From the NCBI GenBank assembly GCA_964519305.1, contig CAZFHY010000010.1, positions 72,379-136,378 of the forward strand: a DNA stretch of 64,000 nt, read 5' to 3'. Below are positions 36,805 through 46,603 of the stretch, piece after piece (within the stretch, counting starts at the first letter, position 1; each line of letters starts with the position of its first letter). The notes beneath the pieces were generated by a model, which worked only from the letters and a program-made list of their open reading frames with translations, made no database searches and was not told the DNA's origin. The position numbers were made by a program, and so were the translations under genes. The stretch is from Candidatus Undinarchaeota archaeon (lineage in GTDB: Archaea > SpSt-1190 > JASMDC01).

Positions 36805-38103
36805 TCACACGTCCTTGAGCCGTGCCGAGAAGGAGGAGTCCTCGCCCGAGATGTTAGTGACCACCAGCCAGAGGACCCCGTCCTCGGCGATGTCGATGTC
36901 CGTCACACCACCATCGAAGGAGTCGGCCACGAGGGTTGGCCCCGAAGGCGCCACGACGCCAGCGCGCAACCGGAGCCTTCCGGGGGCAGGGCTCTCCACC
37001 CGCACCGTGTCCCCCGCAGTGACGCTGGTCTTCATGAACGACATCCCACCACGACCGGACACGTCGACATAGGTACTCGCAGAGAGCCCGGTCGCCGTCA
37101 CCTCGCCGAGATTGAGCCGCTCGAACCCGTACACGCCTCCATCGAACGAGGTGTCGTTCACCGCGATGGCCAAGCCCAGGTCAGCGTACACGGTGTCGAG
37201 GTCGAGCGTAGGATCGATATCCCCGAGACGTGCGTCCAGCGAATCCTTCCCATGCAGCGGATCGGCCGTGATCTCCTTGACGAAGCCGTTCCCGAACCGC
37301 TCCCAGAGGTAGTCGCCGAAGAGCATATAGAGACCGTAGTGCCCCTGCCCGATTTGATCGGGGATGAGCGGATGGGACGGGTCGCGCAACCATGCGTCGA
37401 CCCACTTCTCGTCCGCACCATACCCGGTGACCACCATCGCCACCTCGCTCATGGCCTCGTTTAGCCAGCTCTCCTCCTCCGCGTCGTGGCCCCAGTGGAT
37501 GAGGTGCTGTAGCTCATGGGCCTGTACTGAGAGCATGTAGTCCGAGTCGGGAGCGTAATGGAGCGTGTTGATATGGAGGGTCTCGTGACGGTTGGACACG
37601 GGGACGTCGAGCTGGTCCTCGACCTTGAAGTAGCCGTCGAACCCGTGCCCGTTGTACGATCCCATCTCGTACAGGAACAGGTATACCTTCGGATCGTTGT
37701 CGAACTCATCCGGTGGATCCCCGAACAGTCCGGTGACCTGGTCGTAGATACCACGCTCGGGATCAGAGGGCGTTCCCTCGTCCCATGCCTTGATGAGATT
37801 GTCCACCGTTCTCTCATCGACGGAGTGGCCCCAGGCCGCGTCCTCGACGACGACGTAGACGTTCCTCCCCTCACCGCGGACGCTGGCCGCGATCTGCTTG
37901 TCCCGGGGAGGCATCACCGAGAGGTCCCACACCCACCACATATCGTTGGCAGGAGCGTACGGTCCAGAAGGTGTCACACCGCGGTCATCATAGGCCGGAG
38001 GGTACTGACAGAAGGGCCGGTGGGCCGCTCCATATTCCGGGATCGGGTCCCCTGGCTCTGGAACGTACTCCACGACCTCGTCAACGGGACCTGTGTCCTC
38101 CAT
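36805..38103 (-). CDS. Neutral zinc metalloprotease (M30/hyicolysin-like)
   Basis: LFG.PPD.FD.DPKVYL, DGYF, AHELQHLIH, WLNEAMS. Start MEDTG at 38103. Confidence 0.85.
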   Translation of the reverse strand: MEDTGPVDEVVEYVPEPGDPIPEYGAAHRPFCQYPPAYDDRGVTPSGPYAPANDMWWVWDLSVMPPRDKQIAASVRGEGRNVYVVVEDAAWGHSVDERTVDNLIKAWDEGTPSDPERGIYDQVTGLFGDPPDEFDNDPKVYLFLYEMGSYNGHGFDGYFKVEDQLDVPVSNRHETLHINTLHYAPDSDYMLSVQAHELQHLIHWGHDAEEESWLNEAMSEVAMVVTGYGADEKWVDAWLRDPSHPLIPDQIGQGHYGLYMLFGDYLWERFGNGFVKEITADPLHGKDSLDARLGDIDPTLDLDTVYADLGLAIAVNDTSFDGGVYGFERLNLGEVTATGLSASTYVDVSGRGGMSFMKTSVTAGDTVRVESPAPGRLRLRAGVVAPSGPTLVADSFDGGVTDIDIAEDGVLWLVVTNISGEDSSFSARLKDV

Positions 38104-38111
38104 CGGACCGC

Positions 38112-39659
38112 TCACTGGTTGCCCTGCTGCGACTGCAGGTAGATCTGGAGCCACAGAGGGATCTCGAAGGCCTCCTCGATGGTGGGGTTCCGCTTCTGCA
38201 TGAGCTCATCCCACGAGGTGTCCTCAGCGAATCCTGTCTTCTCATACAGCTCCTTGTAGTGATCGTACTCCCGCTGCACGCTGGGGACGTAGATGTGGAG
38301 CCCCGTCGCAGTCCCATGGGACTGGGCGTTGTGCTGCTCGGCGACGACCACCTGTCCGATGGACTCGAGCACCTTGTTGGCAGCATCGCGCACCGCGGGT
38401 TCGTACTTCTCGTTAGCAGCGAGCCGCTCGGCCAGGTCACCCAGGTCCACTAGAGGCTCCGGGAAACCGAGAAGAGGATGGGTACCGAAATGGAGGCTGG
38501 CGTCGTTGGCCTTGTTGAACTCCTCCATGGGGACCTTGGATTCGAGAAGAGCATCGGCCAGTCCGTCCACGGCCTCGGCCACCTTGGGCATCTTGCCCAC
38601 TTCGGTGGCGGAAAGGGTCCTGAGGTTCTGCTGGTCGTTCTCGGCCTCCTTTACTATAAGGTAGCTCATCAGCTTGGGCGAGAGCTCGGGGCGCTGCCCG
38701 TCCTTGAACGCCTTGGAGTACTTCTCCATGACCACGAGCGCACGGTTGCCCATGATACCCTCGTAGGGCCAGCCTTCGGCGCCCTCCAGCTCCTCGCTGG
38801 CCACCAGGAAGTCGGTGACGCTCCGTACCTGGTAGGCACCCTCGGTTGAGGCCATCAGGCACGCATCGTACCCGAGCACGTCGATCTTGACGCCCGTCTT
38901 CTGCTTGACCTTGCCCAGGGCCTCCTGGACCTGTGCCCAGGTCATGGAATCGCTACCCGCAGAGTCGTCGGTGATGGAGCCTGTCCAGCCCATACCGTGG
39001 TCCGAGATGACGACCATGTAGTTCTTCGCGGGGAAGTTCTGGACGCCCCACTCCACGAAGTCCTGAAGGTTGGCGGGATCGGCCATGTCGATCTGACCTA
39101 GCTCGCCCAGAACTGGGGAGTTGAGCTCGCCCTTCGTAGCATCCTTCTGGAGGTGGTAGCGCCGGGCGCCGGTCCAAGCCCGCTTCGCCATGTCCGTCTT
39201 GCCCTCGGCCTTCTCGCCGCGGTCGAGCTGAACGACCACGTCCGCGTTGTCGGTGGAACCGATCTTCTCCATATCGTCCACGTCGGCGACCTGATAGGCC
39301 TCGAGGTTGTTGTCGGCAGCGGAGTAGACCAGGATGGTCCATTCCTTGCCTTCGGCCTGGTCGTCCTGGGCAGCATAATTGAGCGGGATGGAGGACGGGA
39401 GGGTGACCTGGTAATCGCCCATATCGATGACGTTGCCCTGCTTGGTCTGCTCGGTCTCGATGACGTACGCCGGCTGGGGGTCCGTGCCGGGAGGCGGGAG
39501 CGTGTTGGGGAGCATGCCGCCACCGATGCCGACAATAGCACCACCGATGGTGGCTACAAGTCCAAGTCCTGCGGCGGCGTAGGTGGCCACCTGCTTGGTA
39601 GTAAGCCCCTCTTCCTTCTCGTTCGCTTCCGGTTCAGGTTCCTGCTCGACGTACATCAT
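38112..39659 (-). CDS. Clostripain (C11) family peptidase, membrane-anchored
   Basis: ADNNLE, SDHGMGW, GYDACLM. Confidence 0.94.
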   Translation of the reverse strand: MMYVEQEPEPEANEKEEGLTTKQVATYAAAGLGLVATIGGAIVGIGGGMLPNTLPPPGTDPQPAYVIETEQTKQGNVIDMGDYQVTLPSSIPLNYAAQDDQAEGKEWTILVYSAADNNLEAYQVADVDDMEKIGSTDNADVVVQLDRGEKAEGKTDMAKRAWTGARRYHLQKDATKGELNSPVLGELGQIDMADPANLQDFVEWGVQNFPAKNYMVVISDHGMGWTGSITDDSAGSDSMTWAQVQEALGKVKQKTGVKIDVLGYDACLMASTEGAYQVRSVTDFLVASEELEGAEGWPYEGIMGNRALVVMEKYSKAFKDGQRPELSPKLMSYLIVKEAENDQQNLRTLSATEVGKMPKVAEAVDGLADALLESKVPMEEFNKANDASLHFGTHPLLGFPEPLVDLGDLAERLAANEKYEPAVRDAANKVLESIGQVVVAEQHNAQSHGTATGLHIYVPSVQREYDHYKELYEKTGFAEDTSWDELMQKRNPTIEEAFEIPLWLQIYLQSQQGNQ

Positions 39660-39667
39660 TATCCCTC

Positions 39668-41149
39668 CTACTGGTCTCCCTTACTCTGATTCGCCCGCTC
39701 CTGGAGGAACTCGTCCCACTGGGTGTCCTCTGCGAAGTCGAGCTCACCGTACCTCTCACCCTCGAAGGAGTACTTGCCCTCGAAGGGCACGTAGATGTGC
39801 AGACCATGGGCGTTGGGATGAGTGGCCTCGTTGTTCTGCTCGGCGACGACGACCTGGTCAACGGCCTCGATGACCTTTGCCGCGGCCTCGCGCACATCAG
39901 CGCCGTAGGCGTCATTGGCAGATACCTTCTCGGCCAGTTCTACTGCGTCCACGAGCGGCTCCACGGACCACCACTGCCTCCCGAAGTGGAAGGATTCCTC
40001 GGCGATCTGGTTGAACTCGCTTATTGGTACCTTGGACCCTCGCAGGGCCTCGGCGAACCCGTCCATGGCCTCGGCGACCTTGGGCATCTTCTCGACCTCG
40101 ACGGCAGAGAGGGTGGGTAGGTTCCGCTGGTCGTTCTCGGCCTCCTTGACGATGAGGAAGCTCATCAGCTTGGGTGTGAGCTCTGGGCGCTTTCCATCCT
40201 TGAAGGCCGTAGAGAACTTCTCCATGACCACAAGGGCGCGGTTGCCCATGATGCCCTCGTATGGCCAGCCCTCGGCGCCCTCAAGCTCCTGGCTCGCCAC
40301 CAGGTAGTCCGTCACGGACCGGACCTGGTAGGCGCCCTCGGCAGATGCCATGAGGCATGCATCGTACCCGAGAACGTCGATCTTCGCACCGGTCTTCTGC
40401 ATGACCTTGCCCAGGGCTTCCTGGACCTCGACCCATGTCATCTCGTGGTCCCCGGAGGAGTCGTCCCCGATGGCACCAGTCCATCCGGCGCCGTGGTCCG
40501 AGATGACGAGCATGTAGTTCTTGGCCGGGTAGTTCTGGACACCCCACTCGAGGAAGTCCGCCAGCACATCGGGATCGGCCATGTTGACCTGCCCGAGCTC
40601 GCCCATCATGGGGGAGTTGAGCTTCCCTTTCTCGGCGTCCTTCTGGAGGTGGTAGCGCCGGGCACCGGTCCAGGCCCTCTCTCCCGAGTCGACCTGACCC
40701 TCGGCGACCGTGCCGCGGTCGACCTGGACCACGACGTCCACGTACTTGTCCGAACCGACCGTCTCCATGTCGTCGTTGTCGGCCATGAGATAGGGCTCGA
40801 GGTTGTTGTCGGCGGCCGAGTAGACGAGGATGGTCCACTCCTTGCCCTGTGTTCGGGCGTCCTCTGCCGCGTAGTTCAGCGGGATGGACGAGGGGAGGGT
40901 GACTGAGTAGTTACCCATGTCGATGACGTTCCCCTGTGTGCTCTGCTCGGTCTCGGTCACATAGGCCGGTCTCGGGGTCGTGCCCGGGGGCGGCTGGAAC
41001 GGAGGTAGGATATTTATGGCGCCACCGATGGCGGCCACGAGGCCCAGGCCCACAGCGCTGTAGGTAGCTACCTGCTTGAGCGTGAGCCCTTCCTCTTCTT
41101 CTCGTTCCGGTACTTCATCATTCTCGTTCTCGATGTACATCATGATCAC
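39668..41149 (-). CDS. Clostripain (C11) family peptidase, membrane-anchored
   Basis: ADNNLE, SDHGAGW, GYDACLM. Confidence 0.94.
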   Translation of the reverse strand: MIMMYIENENDEVPEREEEEGLTLKQVATYSAVGLGLVAAIGGAINILPPFQPPPGTTPRPAYVTETEQSTQGNVIDMGNYSVTLPSSIPLNYAAEDARTQGKEWTILVYSAADNNLEPYLMADNDDMETVGSDKYVDVVVQVDRGTVAEGQVDSGERAWTGARRYHLQKDAEKGKLNSPMMGELGQVNMADPDVLADFLEWGVQNYPAKNYMLVISDHGAGWTGAIGDDSSGDHEMTWVEVQEALGKVMQKTGAKIDVLGYDACLMASAEGAYQVRSVTDYLVASQELEGAEGWPYEGIMGNRALVVMEKFSTAFKDGKRPELTPKLMSFLIVKEAENDQRNLPTLSAVEVEKMPKVAEAMDGFAEALRGSKVPISEFNQIAEESFHFGRQWWSVEPLVDAVELAEKVSANDAYGADVREAAAKVIEAVDQVVVAEQNNEATHPNAHGLHIYVPFEGKYSFEGERYGELDFAEDTQWDEFLQERANQSKGDQ

Positions 41150-42410
41150 CTATTGAACATCACTGACCCGACGGGGTCTGCTTCATCTTCTCTGCTCGGT
41201 CCTTGAGCCACTCGTCCCACTGGGTGTCCTCGGCGAACTCCATCTGCTCGTACGCCTCACCGTCGTAGGATCCTGCCCACCAGCTCGACGGTACGTAGAT
41301 GTGCAGCCCGTGGGAACCGGGATGGCTCGAGTTGTGGTGCTCGGCCACGATCGCCTGGTCAACGGCCTCGATGACCTTGTTGGCAGCGAGCTTCACGTCC
41401 TTGCCGTACTGCTCGTTGGCAGCAAGGTTCTTTGCCAGGTCGACCACGTCCACCAGGGGCGATCCCCAGCCGTAATCCTGGCTGTTGCCCTCCACGGTGT
41501 TGAACTCGGTAACGGGTACCTCGGACGCGCGCAGCGCCTCGGCCAGCCCGTTCACGGCTGATGCCACCTTGGGCATCTTCTCGAGCTCTGTTGAGGAGAG
41601 CGTGTCGAAAGTGGCGGTATCGTTAGCGCCTTCCTTGACTATTAGATAGGAGTAGAGCTTGGGCGAGAGCGCGGGGCGGTCAGCGTCCTTGAAGGAGCGG
41701 TTGAACTTCTCCATGACGTCCAGGGCCCGCTGGCTGATGATGCCCTCGAAGGGCCAGCCCTCGACGCCCTCCAGCTCCTCGCTGGCCACCAGGAACCCGG
41801 CCGCGTCGCGGACCTGGTAGGCTACCTCGGTCGAGCCCATGAGGCACGCGTCGAAGCCGAGGATGTCGATCTGTGCGCCGGTGCGCTCCTTGACCTGCTC
41901 GAGCGCCTGGTCGAGCTCCGGCGTGGACATCTGTCCTGCGTGGTGTGAGCTGTCGTCGATGAAGCCCTCCCAGCCCGAACCATGGTCGGCGATGATGAGC
42001 ATGTAGTGCTTGGCAGGGAAGTTGTTGACGGTGAACTCCACGAACTCCGCCAGTGTCTCAGGAGCGGCCATGTCCACCTGTCCGAGCTCCTCCAGCACCG
42101 GTGAGTTGTAGTTGATAGGGTCCGTGTCCTTCTGGATGTGATAGCGCCGGGCACCGGTCCAGTCACCGCCTTGCGGTGTGTCGGCGGTGTAACCGCGGTC
42201 CACCTGGACCACGATGTCCATGTAGTCGTTGGACCCCAGCTTCTCCATGTCGTTGATGTCGGTGAGCTGGTCGTTCTCGAGGTTGTTGTCAGAGGCGGAG
42301 TAGATCATGACGGTCCATTCCTTGGCCTCGGAGGGAACCCGGGCATCCTCGCCATACACAAGGGGGATGTCCTCGGGCAGGGTGACCTGGTATTCGCCCA
42401 TGTCGATGGC
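40870..42410. repeat. Direct repeat copy 1 (about 1.5 kb), near-identical to 43786-45322
   Basis: Long near-identical stretches at offset about 2913, including the intergenic ATCACCTATTGAACATCACTGACCCGACGGGG. Confidence 0.9.
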
Positions 42411-42578
42411 ATCGGGACCGGTGACGGTCCCCTGCTGGTGGACGTAGGCGGGCTGCACCGGCGCGGCGCCCATGACTGGCGCCATCACGCCGCCGACGGC
42501 CGAGAGCACGCCCGCTGCAAGAGCGGCGTAGCCCGCGACCTTCCCGACAGGTGCTCCGTCACCGTCGGCCTCCTCCAT
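41160..42578 (-). CDS. Clostripain (C11) family peptidase, membrane-anchored
   Basis: SDNNLE, ADHGSGW, GFDACLM. Start MEEADG at 42578. Confidence 0.94.
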   Translation of the reverse strand: MEEADGDGAPVGKVAGYAALAAGVLSAVGGVMAPVMGAAPVQPAYVHQQGTVTGPDAIDMGEYQVTLPEDIPLVYGEDARVPSEAKEWTVMIYSASDNNLENDQLTDINDMEKLGSNDYMDIVVQVDRGYTADTPQGGDWTGARRYHIQKDTDPINYNSPVLEELGQVDMAAPETLAEFVEFTVNNFPAKHYMLIIADHGSGWEGFIDDSSHHAGQMSTPELDQALEQVKERTGAQIDILGFDACLMGSTEVAYQVRDAAGFLVASEELEGVEGWPFEGIISQRALDVMEKFNRSFKDADRPALSPKLYSYLIVKEGANDTATFDTLSSTELEKMPKVASAVNGLAEALRASEVPVTEFNTVEGNSQDYGWGSPLVDVVDLAKNLAANEQYGKDVKLAANKVIEAVDQAIVAEHHNSSHPGSHGLHIYVPSSWWAGSYDGEAYEQMEFAEDTQWDEWLKDRAEKMKQTPSGQ

Positions 42579-42579
42579 C

Positions 42580-44052
42580 CTAGGTACCCCCGTCCCGCTC
42601 GTTGGTCTCGGCCACCGCCCGCTCCACGAGCTCGTCCCAGTGGGTGTCCCGGGCGAACGCAGTGGCGCGGTACTCGTCACCATACTTCCCGAACACCCGA
42701 TCGTCGAACGTGAGGAACACCTGCAGCCCGTGCGCGTCCCGGTTCTCCTCGTTGTGCTGCTCCGCGACGACCGTCTTCGCGAGTGCGTCGAGCACGCCCC
42801 GGGCAGCGTCCCGGACCACCTCGTCGCCGGCGTACGCGTCGCTTGCGAGAATCCTCTCAGCGAGGTCGCCCGTGTCCACGACCACGCCGTTGGCGTACCA
42901 CCATAAGGTGTTGTCCCCCACCTCCTCGAACGTGCTCATGGACACGCCCGATGCATCGAGCGCCCTGGCGAGCGAGTCCATCGCCTCGACCACGTCGGGC
43001 ATCCCGGACAGCTCGACCGCGGACAGTGTCTCGATCACGTCCTGATGACGCTCGGCCTCGCTCACGATGAGGTACGACATGATCCGTGGTGTGAGCTCGG
43101 GCCGCTCGCCGTCCTTGAACGCATCGGTGAACCTCTTGCCGACCCCCACGGCGGCTCTTCCAAGGAACCCGTCGTAGGACCAGCCGTCCGCCCACTCGAC
43201 CGCCTCGCTGGCCACCATGTAGTCTGCCGAGCCACGCAGCCGGTACGCGACCTCGGTGGAGGCCATGAGGCACATGTCGAACCCGAGGACGTCGATTTTC
43301 ACGCCCGTCCTCTCCTTCACCACCGCCAGTGCTTCCTGCATCTGCGCCGGCGTCATCAGGGTCGACCCGCTGGCCGAGTAGTCCACTATGGCACCGTGCC
43401 AGCCGAGGCCGTGGTCGTGGATGACGAGCAGGTAGTGCTCGGCGGGGAAGCTCGAGAGGCCCCAGGTGACGAAGTCCGCGAGCGTCGCCGGGTCGGCCAT
43501 ATCGACCTGCCCGAGCTCGGCCAGCACCGGCGACGTGATACCCACCTCGCCGTCGTCCCTCTGGAGGCGGTACCGCCGGGCGCCGGTCCACTCGCCGTGC
43601 CCCTCGGCCACAGCATCGGCCTCCACGCCCCGGTCCATCTGGACGACGACGTCCATGTACTCGCTGGAGCCCACGCTCTCCATCTCGTCGATGTTGTCCA
43701 TCAGGTAGTGCTCCAGATCGTTGTCTCCTGCGGCGTAGACGAGCACGGTCCACTCCTTGCCCTCGGCCCTTTCGCCGTCTGCTTCATAGTTCAGCGGGAT
43801 GGACGAGGGGAGGGTGACAGAATAGTTGCCCATGTCGATGACGTTCCCCTGGGTGCTCTGCTCGACCTCAGTCACATAGGCCGGCTGCGGGGTAGTGCCC
43901 GGGGGCGGCTGTACTGGCGGGAGGATGCTTAAGGCGCCGCCGATGGCGGCCACAAGTCCTAGGCCAGCTGCACCGTAGGTCGCGACCTGTTTGAGCGTGA
44001 GTCCTTCCTCTTCTCGTTCCGGCGTTTCATCCTGCTCGTTCTCGATATACAG
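42580..44052 (-). CDS. Clostripain (C11) family peptidase with disrupted start (1-nt insertion; CTG start or incipient pseudogene)
   Basis: GDNDLE, HDHGLGW, GFDMCLM. Frame is open up to CTG 44052, preceded by an in-frame TGA; the paralog-equivalent ATG (44056) is out of frame. Confidence 0.85.
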   Translation of the reverse strand: MYIENEQDETPEREEEGLTLKQVATYGAAGLGLVAAIGGALSILPPVQPPPGTTPQPAYVTEVEQSTQGNVIDMGNYSVTLPSSIPLNYEADGERAEGKEWTVLVYAAGDNDLEHYLMDNIDEMESVGSSEYMDVVVQMDRGVEADAVAEGHGEWTGARRYRLQRDDGEVGITSPVLAELGQVDMADPATLADFVTWGLSSFPAEHYLLVIHDHGLGWHGAIVDYSASGSTLMTPAQMQEALAVVKERTGVKIDVLGFDMCLMASTEVAYRLRGSADYMVASEAVEWADGWSYDGFLGRAAVGVGKRFTDAFKDGERPELTPRIMSYLIVSEAERHQDVIETLSAVELSGMPDVVEAMDSLARALDASGVSMSTFEEVGDNTLWWYANGVVVDTGDLAERILASDAYAGDEVVRDAARGVLDALAKTVVAEQHNEENRDAHGLQVFLTFDDRVFGKYGDEYRATAFARDTHWDELVERAVAETNERDGGT

Positions 44053-45322
44053 TCATAATCACCTATTGAACATCACTGACCCGACGGGGTCTGCTTCATC
44101 TTCTCTACTCGGTCCTTGAGCCACTCGTCCCACTGGGTGTCCTCGGCGAACTCCATCTGCTCGTACGCCTCGCCGTCGTAGGACCCTGCCCAATAGCTCG
44201 ACGGGACGTAGATGTGCAGCCCATGGGAACCGGGATGGCTCGAGTTGTGGTGCTCGGCCACGATCGCCTGGTCTACGGCCTCGATCACCTTGTTGGCCGC
44301 GAGCTTCACGTCCTTACCGTACTGCTCGTTGGCAGCAAGGTTCTTTGCCAGGTCCACCACGTCCACCAGGGGCGAGCCCCAGCCGTAGTCCTGGCTGTTG
44401 CCCTCCACTGTGTTGAACTCGGTGACGGGTACCTCGGACGCACGCAGCGCCTCGGCTAGCCCGTTCACGGCTGATGCCACCTTGGGCATCTTCTCAAGTT
44501 CAGTGGAGGAAAGGGTGTCGAAGGTGGCGGTATCGTTGGCGCCCTCCTTGACGATTAAGTAGGAGTATAGCTTGGGCGTGAGCGCGGGACGGTCGGCGTC
44601 CTTGAACGATTGGTTGAACTTCTCCATGACGTCCAGGGCCCGCTGGCTGATGATGCCCTCGAAGGGCCAGCCCTCGACGCCCTCCAGCTCCTCGCTGGCC
44701 ACCAGGAACCCGGCCGCGTCGCGGACCTGGTAGGCTACCTCGGTCGAGCCCATGAGGCACGCGTCGAAGCCGAGGATGTCGATCTGTGCGCCGGTGCGCT
44801 CCTTGACCTGCTCGAGCGCCTGGTCGAGCTCCGGCGTGGACATCTGTCCTGCGTGGTGTGAGCTGTCGTCGATGAAGCCCTCCCAGCCCGAACCATGGTC
44901 GGCGATGATGAGCATGTAGTGCTTGGCAGGGAAGTTGTTGACGGTGAACTCCACGAACTCCGCCAGTGTCTCCGGGGCGGCCATGTCCACCTGTCCCAGT
45001 TCCGCCAGGATTGGTGAGTTGTAGTTGATGGGATCCGTGTCCTTCTGGATCAGATAGCGTCGGGCGCCGGTCCAGTCGCCGCCCTGAGGCGTGTCAGCGG
45101 TGTAGCCGCGGTCCACCTGGACCACTATGTCCATGTAGTCGTTGGATCCCAGTTTCTCCATGTCGTTGATATCGGTGAGCTGGTCGTTCTCGAGGTTGTT
45201 GTCCGACGCGGAGTAGATCATGATGGTCCATTCCTTGGCCTCGGAGGGCACGCGGGCATCCTCGCCGTAAACGAGGGGGATGTCCTCGGGCAGGGTGACC
45301 TGGTATTCGCCCATGTCGATGG
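43786..45322. repeat. Direct repeat copy 2 (about 1.5 kb), near-identical to 40870-42410
   Basis: Direct nucleotide comparison. Confidence 0.9.
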
Positions 45323-45545
45323 TACGGGACTTGACGACATCCTGGGCCTCCGTGATGAAGGCGGGCCTGTGAGGCCCGGTCCCCGGAGCGGGCGCGGTAT
45401 CGCCGGGACCCGCGGTGACGCCGATGGCGCCGCCCACGGCTGCAGCGAGGCCGAGGCCCAGTGCGACATACCCGCCGACCTTCTTGAGGGTGAGCCCTTC
45501 CTTCTCGTTCTCCAAGTCAGTTTCGTACTCTACGTCCATGATCAT
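44073..45545 (-). CDS. Clostripain (C11) family peptidase, membrane-anchored
   Basis: Catalytic domain almost identical to 41160-42578. TGATG overlap with the upstream gene. Confidence 0.94.
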   Translation of the reverse strand: MIMDVEYETDLENEKEGLTLKKVGGYVALGLGLAAAVGGAIGVTAGPGDTAPAPGTGPHRPAFITEAQDVVKSRTIDMGEYQVTLPEDIPLVYGEDARVPSEAKEWTIMIYSASDNNLENDQLTDINDMEKLGSNDYMDIVVQVDRGYTADTPQGGDWTGARRYLIQKDTDPINYNSPILAELGQVDMAAPETLAEFVEFTVNNFPAKHYMLIIADHGSGWEGFIDDSSHHAGQMSTPELDQALEQVKERTGAQIDILGFDACLMGSTEVAYQVRDAAGFLVASEELEGVEGWPFEGIISQRALDVMEKFNQSFKDADRPALTPKLYSYLIVKEGANDTATFDTLSSTELEKMPKVASAVNGLAEALRASEVPVTEFNTVEGNSQDYGWGSPLVDVVDLAKNLAANEQYGKDVKLAANKVIEAVDQAIVAEHHNSSHPGSHGLHIYVPSSYWAGSYDGEAYEQMEFAEDTQWDEWLKDRVEKMKQTPSGQ

Positions 45546-46603
45546 CACTCCCACTCTACCCAGTCAGGGTTGTAGGTGCCCAGGGGCAGGTCGTCCCCGA
45601 ACATCGATTGTGGTGAATATCCTAGTTGAGAATAAGCGACATCCCGGGGGATGAGCAGGTCGCGAACGTTGTTATCGGTGAGATAGGCCTTGCCGTCGAT
45701 GATGGTCTCGGTCCAGGCATGACCTCCGCCCTTCATCGTCCCGAGCACGACCACCGAATCGTATCCCTTGGCCTCGAGCAGTGAGTTCGATGCGAGCGCG
45801 TAGTCCTCGCAGTCGCCCCGGGAGAGGCCTGTGAGGAAGTGATCAGGGTTCTGCCAGTAATCGGTGTGACCTAGATGATCGGCGTCGAAGAAGTACTTCC
45901 CCATGAGCGGATTGCCGTCGGCGAACCGCATGAACTTGATACCGGATATGTTGTTCCCACCGATGTTGATCGCGGCGGGATAGTCGCGGACCTCGAGGTT
46001 GTTGGCGAAACCCTGGACCACCTCGTTGTCCGGTGTGATGTAGGACGAGGGATTATTGGGCATGTAGAAGCCCCGCTGCTCGCCGATCTCCTGGTGCCGG
46101 AGCGAGGGGAAGCCGTCGGGGATCCCGTCGCTGTTGGCGTCGGGATTATCAGGGTGAAGGTCGTAGCCGTCAGCGAGCCCGTCGCCGTCCCGATCGAGGA
46201 CCATGAAGTCGGGATCCTTGCCGTCGATGATACCGTCAGCGTCCACGTCGGGATTGGACCAGTCCCAGTCCCTACCGTCGAGGATACCGTCCCCGTCGAT
46301 GTCGGGATTACCGGGATGAGGGTCGATGGAATCGTAGAGGTGGTCGCCGTCAGCGTCCGCCATGGCCTGCTCGGGGGAGAGCGTGGGAACGCTGTCGTCG
46401 CCCAGCACACGGGCCTTGGGCGGACCGGGTTCGGCCTCTTTGCCGAGCAGTGCACCGAGGACGAGCCCACCGGTGATTGTGAGTCCGACCGCGATGAAGC
46501 CCTTGGCCACCGACTCGGCGTTCAGGTCCTCGGTGACCATGTAGCCGTCGGCCGCCGTGGCGGTCCCGGCATCATCGGTCTCGAGGTCGATGTCCATAGC
46601 CAT
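45545..46603 (-). CDS. Membrane-anchored transglutaminase-like cysteine protease with DxDxDG repeats and conserved acidic leader
   Basis: DYWQNP, RGDCEDYALAS, GGHAW; five DxDxDG-type repeats; DLETDD..DGYMVTEDL leader. Confidence 0.88.
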   Translation of the reverse strand: MAMDIDLETDDAGTATAADGYMVTEDLNAESVAKGFIAVGLTITGGLVLGALLGKEAEPGPPKARVLGDDSVPTLSPEQAMADADGDHLYDSIDPHPGNPDIDGDGILDGRDWDWSNPDVDADGIIDGKDPDFMVLDRDGDGLADGYDLHPDNPDANSDGIPDGFPSLRHQEIGEQRGFYMPNNPSSYITPDNEVVQGFANNLEVRDYPAAINIGGNNISGIKFMRFADGNPLMGKYFFDADHLGHTDYWQNPDHFLTGLSRGDCEDYALASNSLLEAKGYDSVVVLGTMKGGGHAWTETIIDGKAYLTDNNVRDLLIPRDVAYSQLGYSPQSMFGDDLPLGTYNPDWVEWE

